Assembly (NCBI GenBank): GCA_050575255.1
Contig: JBNZDD010013669.1
Span: 1,012,116 to 1,076,115 of the forward strand
Source: Harriotta raleighana
Taxonomy: Eukaryota
Length of the DNA: 64,000 nucleotides
Reading direction: 5' to 3'
Shown: positions 38,749 to 50,685 of the stretch, in pieces
How the letters are laid out: each line of letters begins with the position of its first letter
Position numbering within the stretch: position 1 is the stretch's first letter
Made by a program: the position numbers and the translations under genes
Notes under the pieces: generated by a model
Databases searched by the model: none
The model's input: only the letters and a program-made list of their open reading frames with translations
Told to the model about the DNA's origin: nothing

Positions 38749-38819
38749 ACTAGCTTGCAAGGTCTTGTCTCATTTGGGCTCTAGCTCCTCTTTGCTCCCA
38801 CATAACCTAAAAACGAATT

Positions 38820-39113
38820 AATAATAATAATAATAATCCTTGCATTTGAATATAGCGCTTTTCACATCTTATCAACGTCCCAAAGCGCTTCACAGAATAT
38901 ACTGTAAAGTGAACTGACTGTATATTTGTGGGCGGAACGCGGCAGCCAATTGCGCACAGCAGCGTCCCACAAAGTCATGGATTGAAATGACCAATTTTAT
39001 TATTGTAGTTTTTTTTTTTGGAGGGATTATTATTAGGCATGTGGAGTAAGGAAACTTGCCCAAGGTTTTGCCCTGATCTGCCTGTGCTCTAACCACTGAG
39101 CCACAGGAGCTCC
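38820..39113 (-). mobile_element. Second tRNA-derived DeuSINE, B box deleted
   Basis: Nearly identical to 38497-38650. The head joins GATCTGCCTG directly to TGCTCTAACCACTGAGCCAC. Confidence 0.9.
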
Positions 39114-40019
39114 AATGCTCATTGCCTTGTCTATACTAGGTCTCTTCACCTTATTCGCTCTTGTCCCATGTACAGAGCTGAGATGAGGTTCATCATAAGA
39201 TTAGATATGAAATATATTCTTTTGTCCCATCAGATTTACACAGTCAACCCACTTCACAATATATTTGGTAAAGTGCTTTGAGATATCTCGATGACATGGT
39301 AAGGTGCTGTATCAAATGCAAGGATTATTAGTACAGTACTGTTATAGAAGAGGACTAGATAACAGTTTAGTTTGCATGATAAATCATAAGCTTCTATGGA
39401 GTGTGTATATTTCATGGATGTAACTGAACTGATCTTTCCTTTCACACATTCCCTACCCCACCATCCTCCTGTCTGCTCCTCTAACTTGCTTTTAGTTTTT
39501 GGTCTGCATTTTAGCTACATCTTAATAATAATAGAAGAAGAATCCTTGCATTTCATGTAGTGCTTTATCCTATCTTTGAGACATCTCTAAATAATAATGA
39601 TATTTTTATGTCAGAGTAATAAATATTATATTATCTTGCAAGCTATCCCCTTATGTAGAGCTTTTGAAATATAGAAATTCCACATCTTCCTCACACGGGC
39701 TCCTGCAGAAGAGAGAGTGGCTGGCATTATAATTTTACAGTCTGCCCAGTCGGAGAGAATTGATGGAGAAATAAATTGATGACAGAGCAGCTGTCACATT
39801 TTCAGTACATGTGAAATCCAGAGCATTTACTGGCAGAGAGCAATGATCTGCAGCCCATGTTACTGAACCTGTGTGTTCTGTGATTAGCCTTTTTTTTTGC
39901 CAAGTAGTAATTAACTGAAAGGCGTTGTCTGATACATATGCTATCAGCCAGTTAATAATTTATAGTGCAAAACGTGTTTCAAAAATGGTTGTTTGCGCTC
40001 AACTCTATTGATTTCCCAT

Positions 40020-40170
40020 GGTGTTAGCCTGACTCTGCTGGTAGCAGTCTTGCCTCCCAAGTCACAAGGTTAGTGTCAAGCCCCACGTCAGGACTTTGAA
40101 TGCATAGGCCAGGCTGACACTGCAATGCAGTGCTAAGAGGGGGATGCTATATTGCTGGATGTGGCATTTG
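40020..40170 (+). mobile_element. Long SINE 5' head
   Basis: GGTAGCAGTCTTGCCTCCCAAGTCA..TCAAGCCCCAC..GGACTTTGA..AGGCTGACACTGCAATGCAGTGCT. Confidence 0.6.
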
Positions 40171-40337
40171 TATATTATATTTTAAAAGAAAATGTTAAGT
40201 AGGTATGTAGGGATTATTTTGCAACATGAATCAATTAGAAACCTGAGTTCTTCCTGGGAGCTGTTTGACAGATTAATGATTTTGACGCTCCATCTAGCGC
40301 CAAAAGATTCTAATTTCCAGCCGAAGGGCAGTCCCTA

Positions 40338-40575
40338 CACTCTGTAATTCCATCCCACAGTCCCTTCGCCTCACTTCCTCCTTTGACTCCTTCAAGGCCG
40401 GTCTCGAGACCCTCCTCTTCAATCATGCCTTCTGCCGCCCTCACAACTCTCTCCCTCGCCTTCCTCCCTACTCTGCCCCTCCCCATGCTCAGGTCCCGCC
40501 CTGACTGTTCAGCTCCTTGGGACATCCTTTCGACGTGAAAGGTGCTCTATAAATGTAATTCTGTTGCTGCTGTTG
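40338..40575 (+). mobile_element. L2 LINE 3' end
   Basis: TCCATCCCACAGTCCCTTCGCC..TTCAAGGCCGGTCTC..GACGTGAAAGGTGCTCTATAAATGTAATT. Confidence 0.85.
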
Positions 40576-41718
40576 TCCCTTTCAGCATCACAGGTCTCAA
40601 TATACCATGTTGTGATTGTCCATCAGTCGTCAGTTGAGCAGTTACCGAGAGTGACAAGTGATTGTAACCTACTTGATCCCAGCATCCTAACTCATCCTAT
40701 TTCGGTTGTCCCTCTTGCCAGTCCATTTTGGAATAGTACTTAATTGGAGAGTATGGTCCAAACCATCCCTATATTTGCTGATGTCCAATCCGTTGGCTGA
40801 CATCCTGACTCAGTTGGGAGCAAACTCGCTTGCCTGTGGGTTCAAAGCCCTATGCCAGGTCCTTGAGCTCAAAGTCTGAGACAGAATAGTCCAACTGGTG
40901 GCCCATGGGCCATTTCACCCCCCCCCCCCCACCCCATTCCCTCTATTCATCTTCTCCCTCTTTAACAAGTAAATATTATGTTTCTGGAAGTTCAATTTGC
41001 TTCTTCAGGTGGGTGTTAAAGATCCATGGCAATTCTGAGAAGAGCAAAGCTTCCCACAGACTGGTGTGGCTCACAACCAGCTTGAGGGTCTATGTGACTT
41101 CTTATCACGCTTATTGCAAGTAAAATCCCTTTAGCTTGACAGTGGCTAACTGCCTCATCACAAGCAAGCTCAATGGCCTGGAGCTGGTGACTGAAGACTA
41201 TAAGGATAAATTTCAAACACAAGGCAATCCACAAAACCAATATCTCCTCATCCGTACTTGCAACCGTTGGAGCCAAAAACACTGTAGAAATGTGTCATGC
41301 TGTGAGCAGGCCTGTCGGAACAGTGGAAGTGTATCTCACTGTCAAACCCAACAGAGTCTGATGTGTTCTGTCTCCTGATAGTGTTTGGATTGTGATTGCT
41401 GTAGTAATCATGAGCAGCCGTCGGGGGAATGAAGCTTATGACAGGTTTCTGTTCTAGTTTCTCATTTTTATATCAATAATGTCTTCGGGGGGAAGATTAC
41501 CAGGAGGGGGGATGGGGGGAAGAGAGAATCGATTGCTAGTGAATGGGAGATCAAAACAAAGGTGTTTTCTAATAGAAGTGCATAATCCTGAGGAAGTTAA
41601 ATTAAAATGTTCCCTTTTCTCACTTGCTTACGTATAACATCATGAAATATAAATGATAAAGATTGGTGTGGGCTTTAGAGTGTTTGATATGGACACGCCT
41701 GCTTGACACCCACTAATT

Positions 41719-42450
41719 TGGTAAATGAAGTTCAATCCAGATAATAGCAAGATATTGCATATAGGAAGTAATATAGGAAAGCGCTCGTACTCCACGGATG
41801 GGATAGAATTTGCCAAGGGGGAAACTGAAAGAGACATTGAGCGTTAGTTGACTTATCATTCATCATGTCAAAACAGTGGGATGCAGTAATCAAGACAAGC
41901 TGGGTTGCTGGGCTATATTGCCAAATCAGTTCAGTTCCCTCACAAGTCTTGCTGAAGTTGAACAGTGCCTGTGGTCAGCCCACACCTGGCATATTACATT
42001 TAATTCTGGTCACTGCAACAAAAGTGAATTGTTCCCAGAGGCGGTGCAGAGGAGAGCATCAAGGAAAATCACTGGTGTGAATAATGTATATGAGCAGTGA
42101 TTAGATAAGCTGAAGCAATGTCAGAGGGGATCTTAAAGAGATATACATCTACACAAAATTACATTTATAGAGCGCCTTTCACGTCGGGAATATAATATTG
42201 AATGGGATTCAGAACGCATGGGATTTCATAGCTGCTGGGGCAATAAGGGGGAAGAATGAGCAGTTTGGGGTGAAAGATCAGGTAGTATTTTTTTATCAAA
42301 CGAGTAATTAACAGCTGGAACGAGTTACCAGAAAGGTTGGTTGAGGCCAGGATGCAGAACTCATTGGAGAAACGGTTTGAAGTGGAGTTTGAGTAGAGGG
42401 GCTACATTTCAGGAAGAATAAGATCAAATGGAGTGAAGAAGGGCCCTTTT
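41719..42450 (+). mobile_element. Heavily decayed CR1 ORF2 C-terminus and 3' end
   Basis: Translates W*MKFNPDNSKILHIG (compare QMKFNVEKCEVMHFG at 63904). GAGGCGGTGCAGAGGAGAGCA gives an E-x-VQRRA motif, and GAAGGGCCTTTT lies near the end. An L2 tail interrupts at about 42153-42190. Confidence 0.65.
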
Positions 42451-42493
42451 CATCTGAAATGATCTTCATTACTTTTAATAGAAATATTACCGA

Positions 42494-43059
42494 TTCCACT
42501 TATTATGAGAATCTTTGGTTTTGAAGTACTTGTTATTTCTGATGCTCTTACATTCTTAAAACGGGCAATTTTGCTCCCAAATACAATGCACTTGCAGATC
42601 AGCGACCTGCACAAACCATAGAAGTGATTTGGGGCCCAGTCCACTATATTGTGGGCAGGCACGCAGCAGGTTTCTGTTGGTTTCACTTCAATGGGACACC
42701 TTTGAGGCAAGTCATAAAACTATGCATTTTTCAAATGCTTTTTTAAAATTTAAGTCTGAATGTAATGGCAAAAAAGAAGAATAGTCACTGTGCAATTCGG
42801 CCGGAGGATATTTCCACATTTTCTTACACAAGTCATGGAGATGAACTTTTGCTGCGTTTAAAATTATTTATTCAGATGCTCATTCGCTCTTCAACTAAGG
42901 TGAGTCTTAGCTGGCTTGAGTCCAGACATAGCCGCTTGGAGAGAGCGAACCGTGAGAGATTGTTGTCGGTTGAATGGGAGCAACTAGTCTAGATGAGCAC
43001 GAGGATATNTCATTGTGTTGCAAGTACTTCAAAACCAAAGATTCTCATAATAAGTGGAA
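42494..43059. repeat. Perfect 39-bp inverted repeat pair
   Basis: TTCCACTTATTATGAGAATCTTTGGTTTTGAAGTACTTG (42494-42532) and its exact reverse complement at 43021-43059. An N lies at 43009. Confidence 0.9.
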
Positions 43060-43691
43060 CCATAGAAAGAGAGCCGGCACATAATTTAAATTGATGGGGA
43101 ATTGGTAAGTATTTTTCTCAATGGAAAGTATTTTTCTCCGCTCTTCAATCCTAATAATTCAAGTAGTTCTAAAGATAAATCCGACTTCCTTTCGAATCAC
43201 TGTTCTCTTGTGAAGAAATCTGCAAGAAATCTCATTCATTGCTCCATTCCACATTTTATTCCCACCATGTCTGTCGGATGCTCCACTGTTTAGGGTTGAA
43301 TAATACAGTGCTACTGATATGCCTATGAATAGCCACCAGAGATGTGCTTCTAAACATGAGGCTATGTTTTTTGTCTCTTTTGTCTTTCCTAGTCCATATT
43401 TTATTTGCCTTGGATATTTTCTCATTTTCATTCCGTCCTTGAGAGAGATGAACCTTGTTACCCTTCAGATTATCATCATGTAGCCCTTATATCTGCACTT
43501 TGTACAGTTACAGAAAGAATTTAAAAAGTGGTTTGCTAAATGATGGATAATCCTTCTCTCACCTTTGGCTTGCAACTTTTTTTCTCCATATCGCAGCCGT
43601 TATTCTGTGCTCTATCAGAATCGTCACTGCTCATCAGAACTTAACTCTCTCATTCCTCCCAAGCTCCGGGTACACTTGCCGAACACCCTTT

Positions 43692-43998
43692 TAATAATAA
43701 TAATCTTGCATTTGATATAGCGCTTTTTACGTCTTCTAAACGTCTCAAAGTGCTTCACACAATATACTGTAAAGTGAATTGACTGTATATCTTGTGGGCA
43801 AAACGCAGCAGCCAATTCCATACAGCACTGTACCACATACAGTCATGGATCGAAATGACAAATTTATTATTGTTTTTTTTTTGAGGGATTATTATCAGGA
43901 GTGTGGAGTTAGGAAACTTGCCTAAGGTTTCACCCTGCCAGGAATTGAACCCAGGTCTCTCTCCTTAAAAGTGTTCTAACCACTGAGCTAAGCTACGG
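43692..43998 (-). mobile_element. Full-length tRNA-derived DeuSINE
   Basis: Tail, Deu core and head GGAATTGAACCCAGGTCTC..TCTAACCACTGAGCTA. Confidence 0.9.
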
Positions 43999-44431
43999 TT
44001 CTAACCACTGCGAGCATCAAATTAAACCTTGTCAAGGTAGAAATTCTGTAACAAGTTTTGAAACTATGCATCAATTGAGATATATGACTTAAAATAGAAA
44101 GAAAACCAGAATGCCCATAGCTAAATTATATCTTTAATTACTGTGAGGAGATAACTTGGGGTGGGAGAAGGATAGGGGTAGCTACATCTGAACTTGTAAA
44201 AGAATTTGCCTAAAACTGCAGAGAAAGTGTTAAGCGTCAGCTTGGCACACTCGCCTTCGAGTCAAAAGGTTATGGGTTCATCATTTTCACCATAATATTG
44301 ATAGGTTATAGATTTTGAATCTTCTTGCTTCCTTCACCTGGAGTTGCCTTCGTAGCTAAGAGGAAAAACTAGGTATCTTAAAGAGAAGACCTTTTCATTT
44401 CAAACCAATGTTTTGGTATTTGTACCAGTGA

Positions 44432-44560
44432 CGTTGGGATGTCCTCCCGACCTGAAAGGCGCTCTATCAATGTGATTTTGTTGTTGTTGTTGCAGGATAC
44501 ATTTTGTTGTTGTTGTTGTTGCAAGATACATGCTGCTGTTGTTGTGATGTTGTTGATGTT
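44432..44560 (+). mobile_element. L2 tail with expanded (GTT)n
   Basis: TTGGGATGTCCTCCCGACCTGAAAGGCGCTCTAT, followed by GTT runs and repeated GCAGGATACAT/GCAAGATACAT. Confidence 0.8.
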
Positions 44561-45045
44561 GATACAGTCAGTGAATGACTGATGTTGCTGAAAATTGTGA
44601 CTCAAGATGCTTCACTTTGCATTAAATTACATGTACATTCTGATTGCAGTGCTTTTATTAGTAAGTCTCTGACATAAAAAATGGAACAGTTATATAAATC
44701 TACAGAAGAAACTGGCGATGTGAAATATAGTACTTGCAATTTGTCACCAGTGACAGTCAAGAACGCTGTAAATGGCCCAATAATTTGTCATCGTACTACT
44801 GTATGTATTTCACCATGCTCTGTCCATGCAGTTCTTATGCCTAATTAAAATAGAACGCAAAAATGTCAAGGTACATTCCACCTCACAATTATTTTAGCAA
44901 ATCTGGCTAAGAGGCGGTCGGTCTGGATCAAGTGGACGTTAGAAGCCACTCTCTCCCTGTTCGGTTGGATGTTAAAGATACCATGATGCTATTTGGAAAG
45001 AGCACAGTGTTTCTCTAATTTCCTGAACTCACAATCCTCCAGATG

Positions 45046-45139
45046 AACAAAACACAGAAGTTGCTGGGGAAACTCAGCAAGTCAAGCAGCATCCATGGAG
45101 AAAGGAAAGTGAGTCAACGTTTCGGGTCCACGACCCTTC
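45046..45139 (-). mobile_element. Penelope-like pseudo-LTR fragment truncated inside the hammerhead core
   Basis: The minus strand reads GAAGGGTC(GTG)GACCCGAAACGTTGACTC with CTGAC missing. A further family piece lies at 45264-45288 after the N. Confidence 0.8.
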
Positions 45140-45253
45140 CTTACCAAAGAGCTGAGTCCACAAAACAAACTCAGATAACTGTATCGCCTTCTTGTGGTGG
45201 GAGGACTTGGGAGGCTAATTTGGGTCCCAGCAAAAAAAGGTTGGAAACCACTG
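45140..45253. mobile_element. hAT/Charlie-like terminal fragment
   Basis: The reverse complement begins CAGTGGTTTCCAACCTTTTTTTGCTGGGACCC, typical of Charlie-type TIRs. No second TIR seen. Confidence 0.55.
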
Positions 45254-46348
45254 ACGTANCCTCCTGCAGATGCTGGGAATCTGAAAAATTGTAGGAAGCT
45301 GGGTATGCGTACCACATTGGACTTGAAGCTCTATGAAAATGCAAATTTCTCTTTTCTCTCTAGACATTTTGAATAATCTAAATATATACAATTTGTATAA
45401 AGTATACACTGTCCAGCCAATTCACTTTACAGTACATTTTGTGAGCACTTTGAAGCATCTCAACGACATGATAAAGCACTATATCAAATGCAACGATTAT
45501 TAATACACGTTACATTTTTCAGTGCCTATCCCATCTGTAACTGAGGAAATTGAGACAACTATCATCTTATGCGAGTGGGGAATAAAGCTTACAGTGAAAG
45601 GACACGTTTGAGAATCCTCAATATCATATAATTCTATGGTTAGCGGTTTATAAGCTTGGTTTTGACTGTATCAGATTTTAGAAAATTGATATATTTTCCA
45701 GTCTAATGTATTTACTGTTCTCAGCACATGACTTCAGTTTCTTAATGAAATGTTGAAGCTGGTGTTTGGTAGCTTCAATAAAGCTTATTCGAAATTGTTG
45801 TGAATCAGGAAATAGTGTGCACTTAATGTGTGTCCCAACTGAACAATAGTTGAAATAATGCAAACAATAAGAACTTAATGAGTACAACATTTTGAATGGA
45901 TTTCAAGCAAGACTTTTGCCTTGTTCCCCCACACCCCACCCGATTAAATATTTTTCACTATGTTGATTAAACGTGTTATAAAAGATGCCTGATTGAATGT
46001 CTGGTTAGGAGCAGCAGTGGGCGTTATTAATACAAGTGCAGTTAGAAATGATTTAATGTGGTGTGAAAAAGAAGCATTAGGGATCATCTGATCCATTACA
46101 CTAATGGAAGCAACTGTGGGGATCTGTTTATTGATGTCTGAGATCTTGTTGGAAAGAACAAAGTTTGTGTTTGAAGCCAGATCTTTTTAGGCATTCCCTA
46201 TATTAAGTCATTAAACATTCCCAAAGTTTGAAGTAAAATGTTACACATCACCAGGTTATACTAAGCTTATCAAGAAACAGTGTAAACTGAGCATATTTCT
46301 CTCTCTATTCTCCCCCTTCCTGTCCACATCATTAAGTTTCTGCAAATA

Positions 46349-47017
46349 CAGTTAACCCTCGCTGAACACGGGGGTTACGTTCCTGAAAAACTGCGCACTC
46401 AGTAAAATCATGTTTGGTAAGCTTAACAAGTAATGGGAAAAGGGGGGTTTAGGGGAATCCAGCCACAGGCTACCCCCCTCAAGCCTCCAGCCACATCCAC
46501 ATCTGACCAATGCAAGGTACGTATTGAGGCTGGCTACAGCCAGCTGGCCTGCTCTCCCTGCTCTCCCCGCTCTACCCGCTCTACCTGCTCTCGTCGCTCT
46601 CATAACAGTCCGAGGCCGAGGAATCATCGGCCTCAAACTCCATCAAAGTGGATGCTTGGGGAGAGGCAGAAGTGGGTGGCTGAGAAGATGCAGCAGCAGG
46701 TAAGTTTTCAGTGGATGACTCCGGAGACAAACTGGCAGGTTGAAAGAAGGAAGTGATTTTCCGTTGTTTTGCCTTCCACCGAAAGTCTTTCATGAGCTCC
46801 CTTTCAGACACCTTTCCATTATGGGGTCCATCTCCAAGCTTGACTTCCCAAGTGTGCATCGCGCGGGCCCGGCATCCTCACAAGTGTGCATGCACACGCG
46901 GCCAGCCGGCGCGTACTCGCAAGTTTTACGAGCATTACGCAAAAAAGTGTCGCATTTTTTTCTTCGCGTATAGTTCAATTCGCAAACAAGAAAGTCGGAT
47001 TCGGCAAGGGTTAACTG
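46349..47017 (+). mobile_element. Tigger/pogo-like MITE (family C), both ends present
   Basis: TA|CAGTTAACCCTCGCTGAAC ... TTCGGCAAGGGTTAACTG|TA. Confidence 0.9.
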
Positions 47018-47560
47018 TATCCGTATGTTGTGATTGACGGCATTCCCTATCTTAAGTCATCAAACATTCCCAAAGTTTGAAGTAAAATTGATCAATATTG
47101 TGCTGTCATTTTTATTTTTACAATAAATTAAGTTAAGTGCAAAAGAAAGGTTAACATTCTACGCAGACTTATTATGTTATTTGCACTGAAGGGCAAGAAT
47201 CTGTATCTTTCTCCAAAGACAAATGTAAATACTGTACAACCTTTTGTGAAGCACAATGTTTTGCTTCAGACATTTACATTTATTGTATTTATTTTGAAAT
47301 GAAGAATAAATCATGGGAGAGAATCAGCAGTAGGGATAGTGTTCAACCTCATCAGCAAATGCTAGAAACAGTAAAGTTGGGATACGTTGTCACACCAAGG
47401 GTAAAGAGCTCAGAGATGAGTTATCCACAATGGCTAGTTAGGCATAGATTCTCCTGGGTCTCAAGAGGGCGATGTTAATGGTATAAGCGCTGGCAGAGGT
47501 TGGGGCACATACTCAAATGCATTGCAGAGACCTCTGGTTATTATTATCACTTATTACATT

Positions 47561-47879
47561 GGAGTCTTGTAGCTCAGTGGTTTGAGCACTCCCCTTACAA
47601 GTGGGAGACCTGGGTTTAATTCCAGGCAGATCAGGGCGAAACCATGGGCAAGTTTCTTTATTACATATGCCTGATAATAATCCCACACCAAATAAAATAA
47701 TAATAAATTGGTCATTTCAGTCCACGACATTTTATGGGACAATCCAGGGCACAATTGGCTGCTGCATTTTGCCCACAAATAAACAGTCAATAAATTCACT
47801 TTACAGTATATTCTGTGAAGCGCTTTGAGGCGTCTCAAAGATATGAAAAGCGCTATATCAAATGCAAGGATTATTATTA
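47561..47879 (+). mobile_element. Full-length tRNA-derived DeuSINE
   Basis: A box TAGCTCAGTGG, degenerate B box GGGTTTAATTCC, Deu core and tail AAATGCAAGGATTATTATT. Confidence 0.9.
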
Positions 47880-48445
47880 GACTACAAGTTATCTGATCAA
47901 TTTTACATTGTAAGTACTTACATGAATGTCTAGCATACGATGGCCAAGGGAATTTGGCATGGGAGGTGGTATATTGACAGCACAGTGACGTAAGTGTAAA
48001 TGACAAGCATCAGAGTTCAGGAAGAATGAGGTTGGATGGGTGAAGGGCTTTCTTGCTTCTAACCAATCTTGTCAATCAAATAATTTCGCCATCAATGTAT
48101 TCATCCAAAACTGCACTTGAATTAAATCCATATATGCCAGGCCCACTTTCTAAAAGCAAGCACTCTAATTAATGAATTTGTCAAAAAAAACTTGTATTTT
48201 TTTTGCCATTGGAAATCACCATTAAATTATTTTATTTTATTTATAACTATCTGATCAATTCTTTATACTTGAAATTTTAGAAAGTGGATTTGCCATATAT
48301 GAATTTAATTTGGGAGTAATTTTCGATTAAATCATTCGTGTTGTTTGATTATGGTATGTTGAATTTTGTTTGTTGTTGATTAATTTATTTGATGTTCAAA
48401 ATAAATTAAATGTGAGCAGTGCAGAATGTGAAACCATTGGGTAGA

Positions 48446-48618
48446 AATAATAATAATCCTTGCATTTGATTTAGTGCCTTTACATGGCGTTGAGACATCT
48501 CAAAGCACTTTATAGAATATATTGTAAAGTGTATTCACTGTGTAATTTGTGGACAAAATGAGACTGTAAAATGTGCACAGCCAGTCACCAAAACCGACAT
48601 GGATTCAGTGACCACATT
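48446..48618 (-). mobile_element. DeuSINE 3' half
   Basis: AATAATAATCCTTGCATTTGAT tail and a degenerate core. Confidence 0.75.
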
Positions 48619-49674
48619 TTTTTAGCAACTGGATTCCTACTTACAGAGGCATTTTTTTAAAAATATTTTTTTTTCAAAAAAATCTACCTGGCTCTAGATT
48701 TACTCTATTGATACAGCATTTGAGGGGCCAGAGTTTTATATGTTATTAATTGCGTACTTTCTATAACTTCTTTAAGGACAGCAGAAAACTGACTTCAAAG
48801 TTAAGACTGAATTCACCTATTTGCTAATGTGTGGGTGCTTTGAAATGCCATATTAATGAAACAAATCAGGTGGAATTTCTCCCCAACATAGAGGCTAACA
48901 GGAACTACTATCCAGCCTTCCTGATCCCAACCCCCTGCCCTGGTCCAAATCCATGACTGTCTGGCACCGTGCAATGTCCTCCCGGTGTAAAAGATGTTAT
49001 AGAAATGTAATTTGTTGTTGTTTAAATCCATTACATTCCTCATTAATCAATTGAGCTCCTTCCTTAAAGAATTCAGTTGTTTGAGAGGCAAAACGTTGTT
49101 TCTATATCTATATGTATAGTTTATTTTTCTATCCTTTTGATGAACACTGCAAGACTTGTGTAGATTGAACCTGCTAGGTGAAATTCATAATGAAGTGGGC
49201 CCTTCAAGTTCTCTTGAAGGAATGAGTCTGAATAGAACTTTAATGTGCATTAACAATGAAAAGATTTCTCTCATTGGACGTATTACACACAAAAGGTGAT
49301 TTTGACAGCCTTCACATTAAATTATCCTGAAATGTAGTGAGGCATTTAAAATCCTTTGGAAACCTTAATCATTGGAAAACAATCTGTGGTTTTGTCAGAT
49401 GCCCAGACTCTTGTCTGCCTGTTCAGAAGACCATTAAGGAACTATGACAATACTCCTGCTGGTTGATAGGTTGGGCTTTACTGGTGTAAAATGGCAGCTC
49501 TGCAAAGACAGCTACTTTGCAGTAATTATCTGTGAAACATTTTTATATGATTAGGTGCTGTAAAATGCAAGTTATTTTTCTTCATTGAATCATCAAAAAT
49601 GTTTTTGACTGGTGCCTTCACTGGCACAAAAAATGGCATGAATGTTTTTAGTGTGAGATAGAGAATCAGCTGTA

Positions 49675-49948
49675 AATAATAAGCCTTGCATGTGATAAAG
49701 CTCCTTATCACATCTTTGAGAGTCTCAAAGCGCTTCATAGAATATATTGTAAAGTGAATTGACTGTATATTTTTTGGGTGAAATGCAACAGTAAATTGTG
49801 CACAACGGTGCTCCACAAACAGTTGTGGATTGAATGACCAATTTATTTATTTGAAATGGAGTAAGGAAACTTGCCCAACTTTTTGCCTGCTGGGAATTGA
49901 ACCCACAGCTCTCGCTTATGATGCGAGTACTCTAACCACTGAGCTACA
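49675..49948 (-). mobile_element. Near full-length tRNA-derived DeuSINE
   Basis: Tail, core and head GGGAATTGAACCC..CTCTAACCACTGAGCTAC. Confidence 0.85.
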
Positions 49949-50685
49949 GTACATACCTGATTACAATTTTACAACCAAGCTAGTGCTCTGAGTACAACTA
50001 TAATTCCATGTAAACACATCACAGTATAAAATGCCTCTTGCTATGAATTTTGCAAAACTGGTTTCGTGCTTTTTGTTTTCTAAAAAAAACTAATTTAGCA
50101 AAAGACTTTTGTGTTTCTAAAGCAGGGAATCGAGAAAGAAATAGAGGATAATCTGCTTGACAATTTTCTTAGGCTATTCTTTCACATTCCTGGCAGTAGG
50201 CAGGCAGGAAGCCTCAACATTCTTGGACACACACGAGTACACTACAAACCTGTCACCGCAAGTTGCAGTGGCCAAAGACAATTAGTTCTGGCACTTAATA
50301 CATTTTAGATTCTTAAATGCACTCATTACTTGGAACTAATCTACAAATGAATGAGATAATCATTGCAAATAAATTCTCCCGTGAAAAGTTATGTTTGTTG
50401 ATGGCATTATAGGTGCAATCATTGGTTCACATCACAAAAACTATAGTTGGAAAGATTACCCAGTAGATGTTTGCTTAATCTTCACAGATTTAGTTGACAT
50501 CAAGCATTTTTCTGTTGACCTTGGTTTTATCAATATTATCAGCTTCCACTGACTCCTTTGGCCAAATTGAAAGTTTAGACACGTCCTGCAAAGCCAAAGG
50601 CCTACTGTGTAGGTTGCCTAAGGAACCTAAGACTTGTCTAAGGAAGTGCTCTGAGATGCTACCCTGAGTGGAAGGTGCTCTGCCT

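Noticed and set aside
43010-43260. Minus-strand frame MRFLADFFTREQ*FERKSDLSLELLELLGL as an alternative-code (TGA=Trp) gene fragment
   Set aside because: It is short, I recognise no homologue, and adjacent frames contain TAA and TAG stops. It is kept only within the inverted-repeat finding.
47561-47635. tRNA genes at A-box/B-box sequences (also at 38680, 43940 and 56331)
   Set aside because: Each continues directly into a SINE body and tail, so they are tRNA-derived SINE heads.
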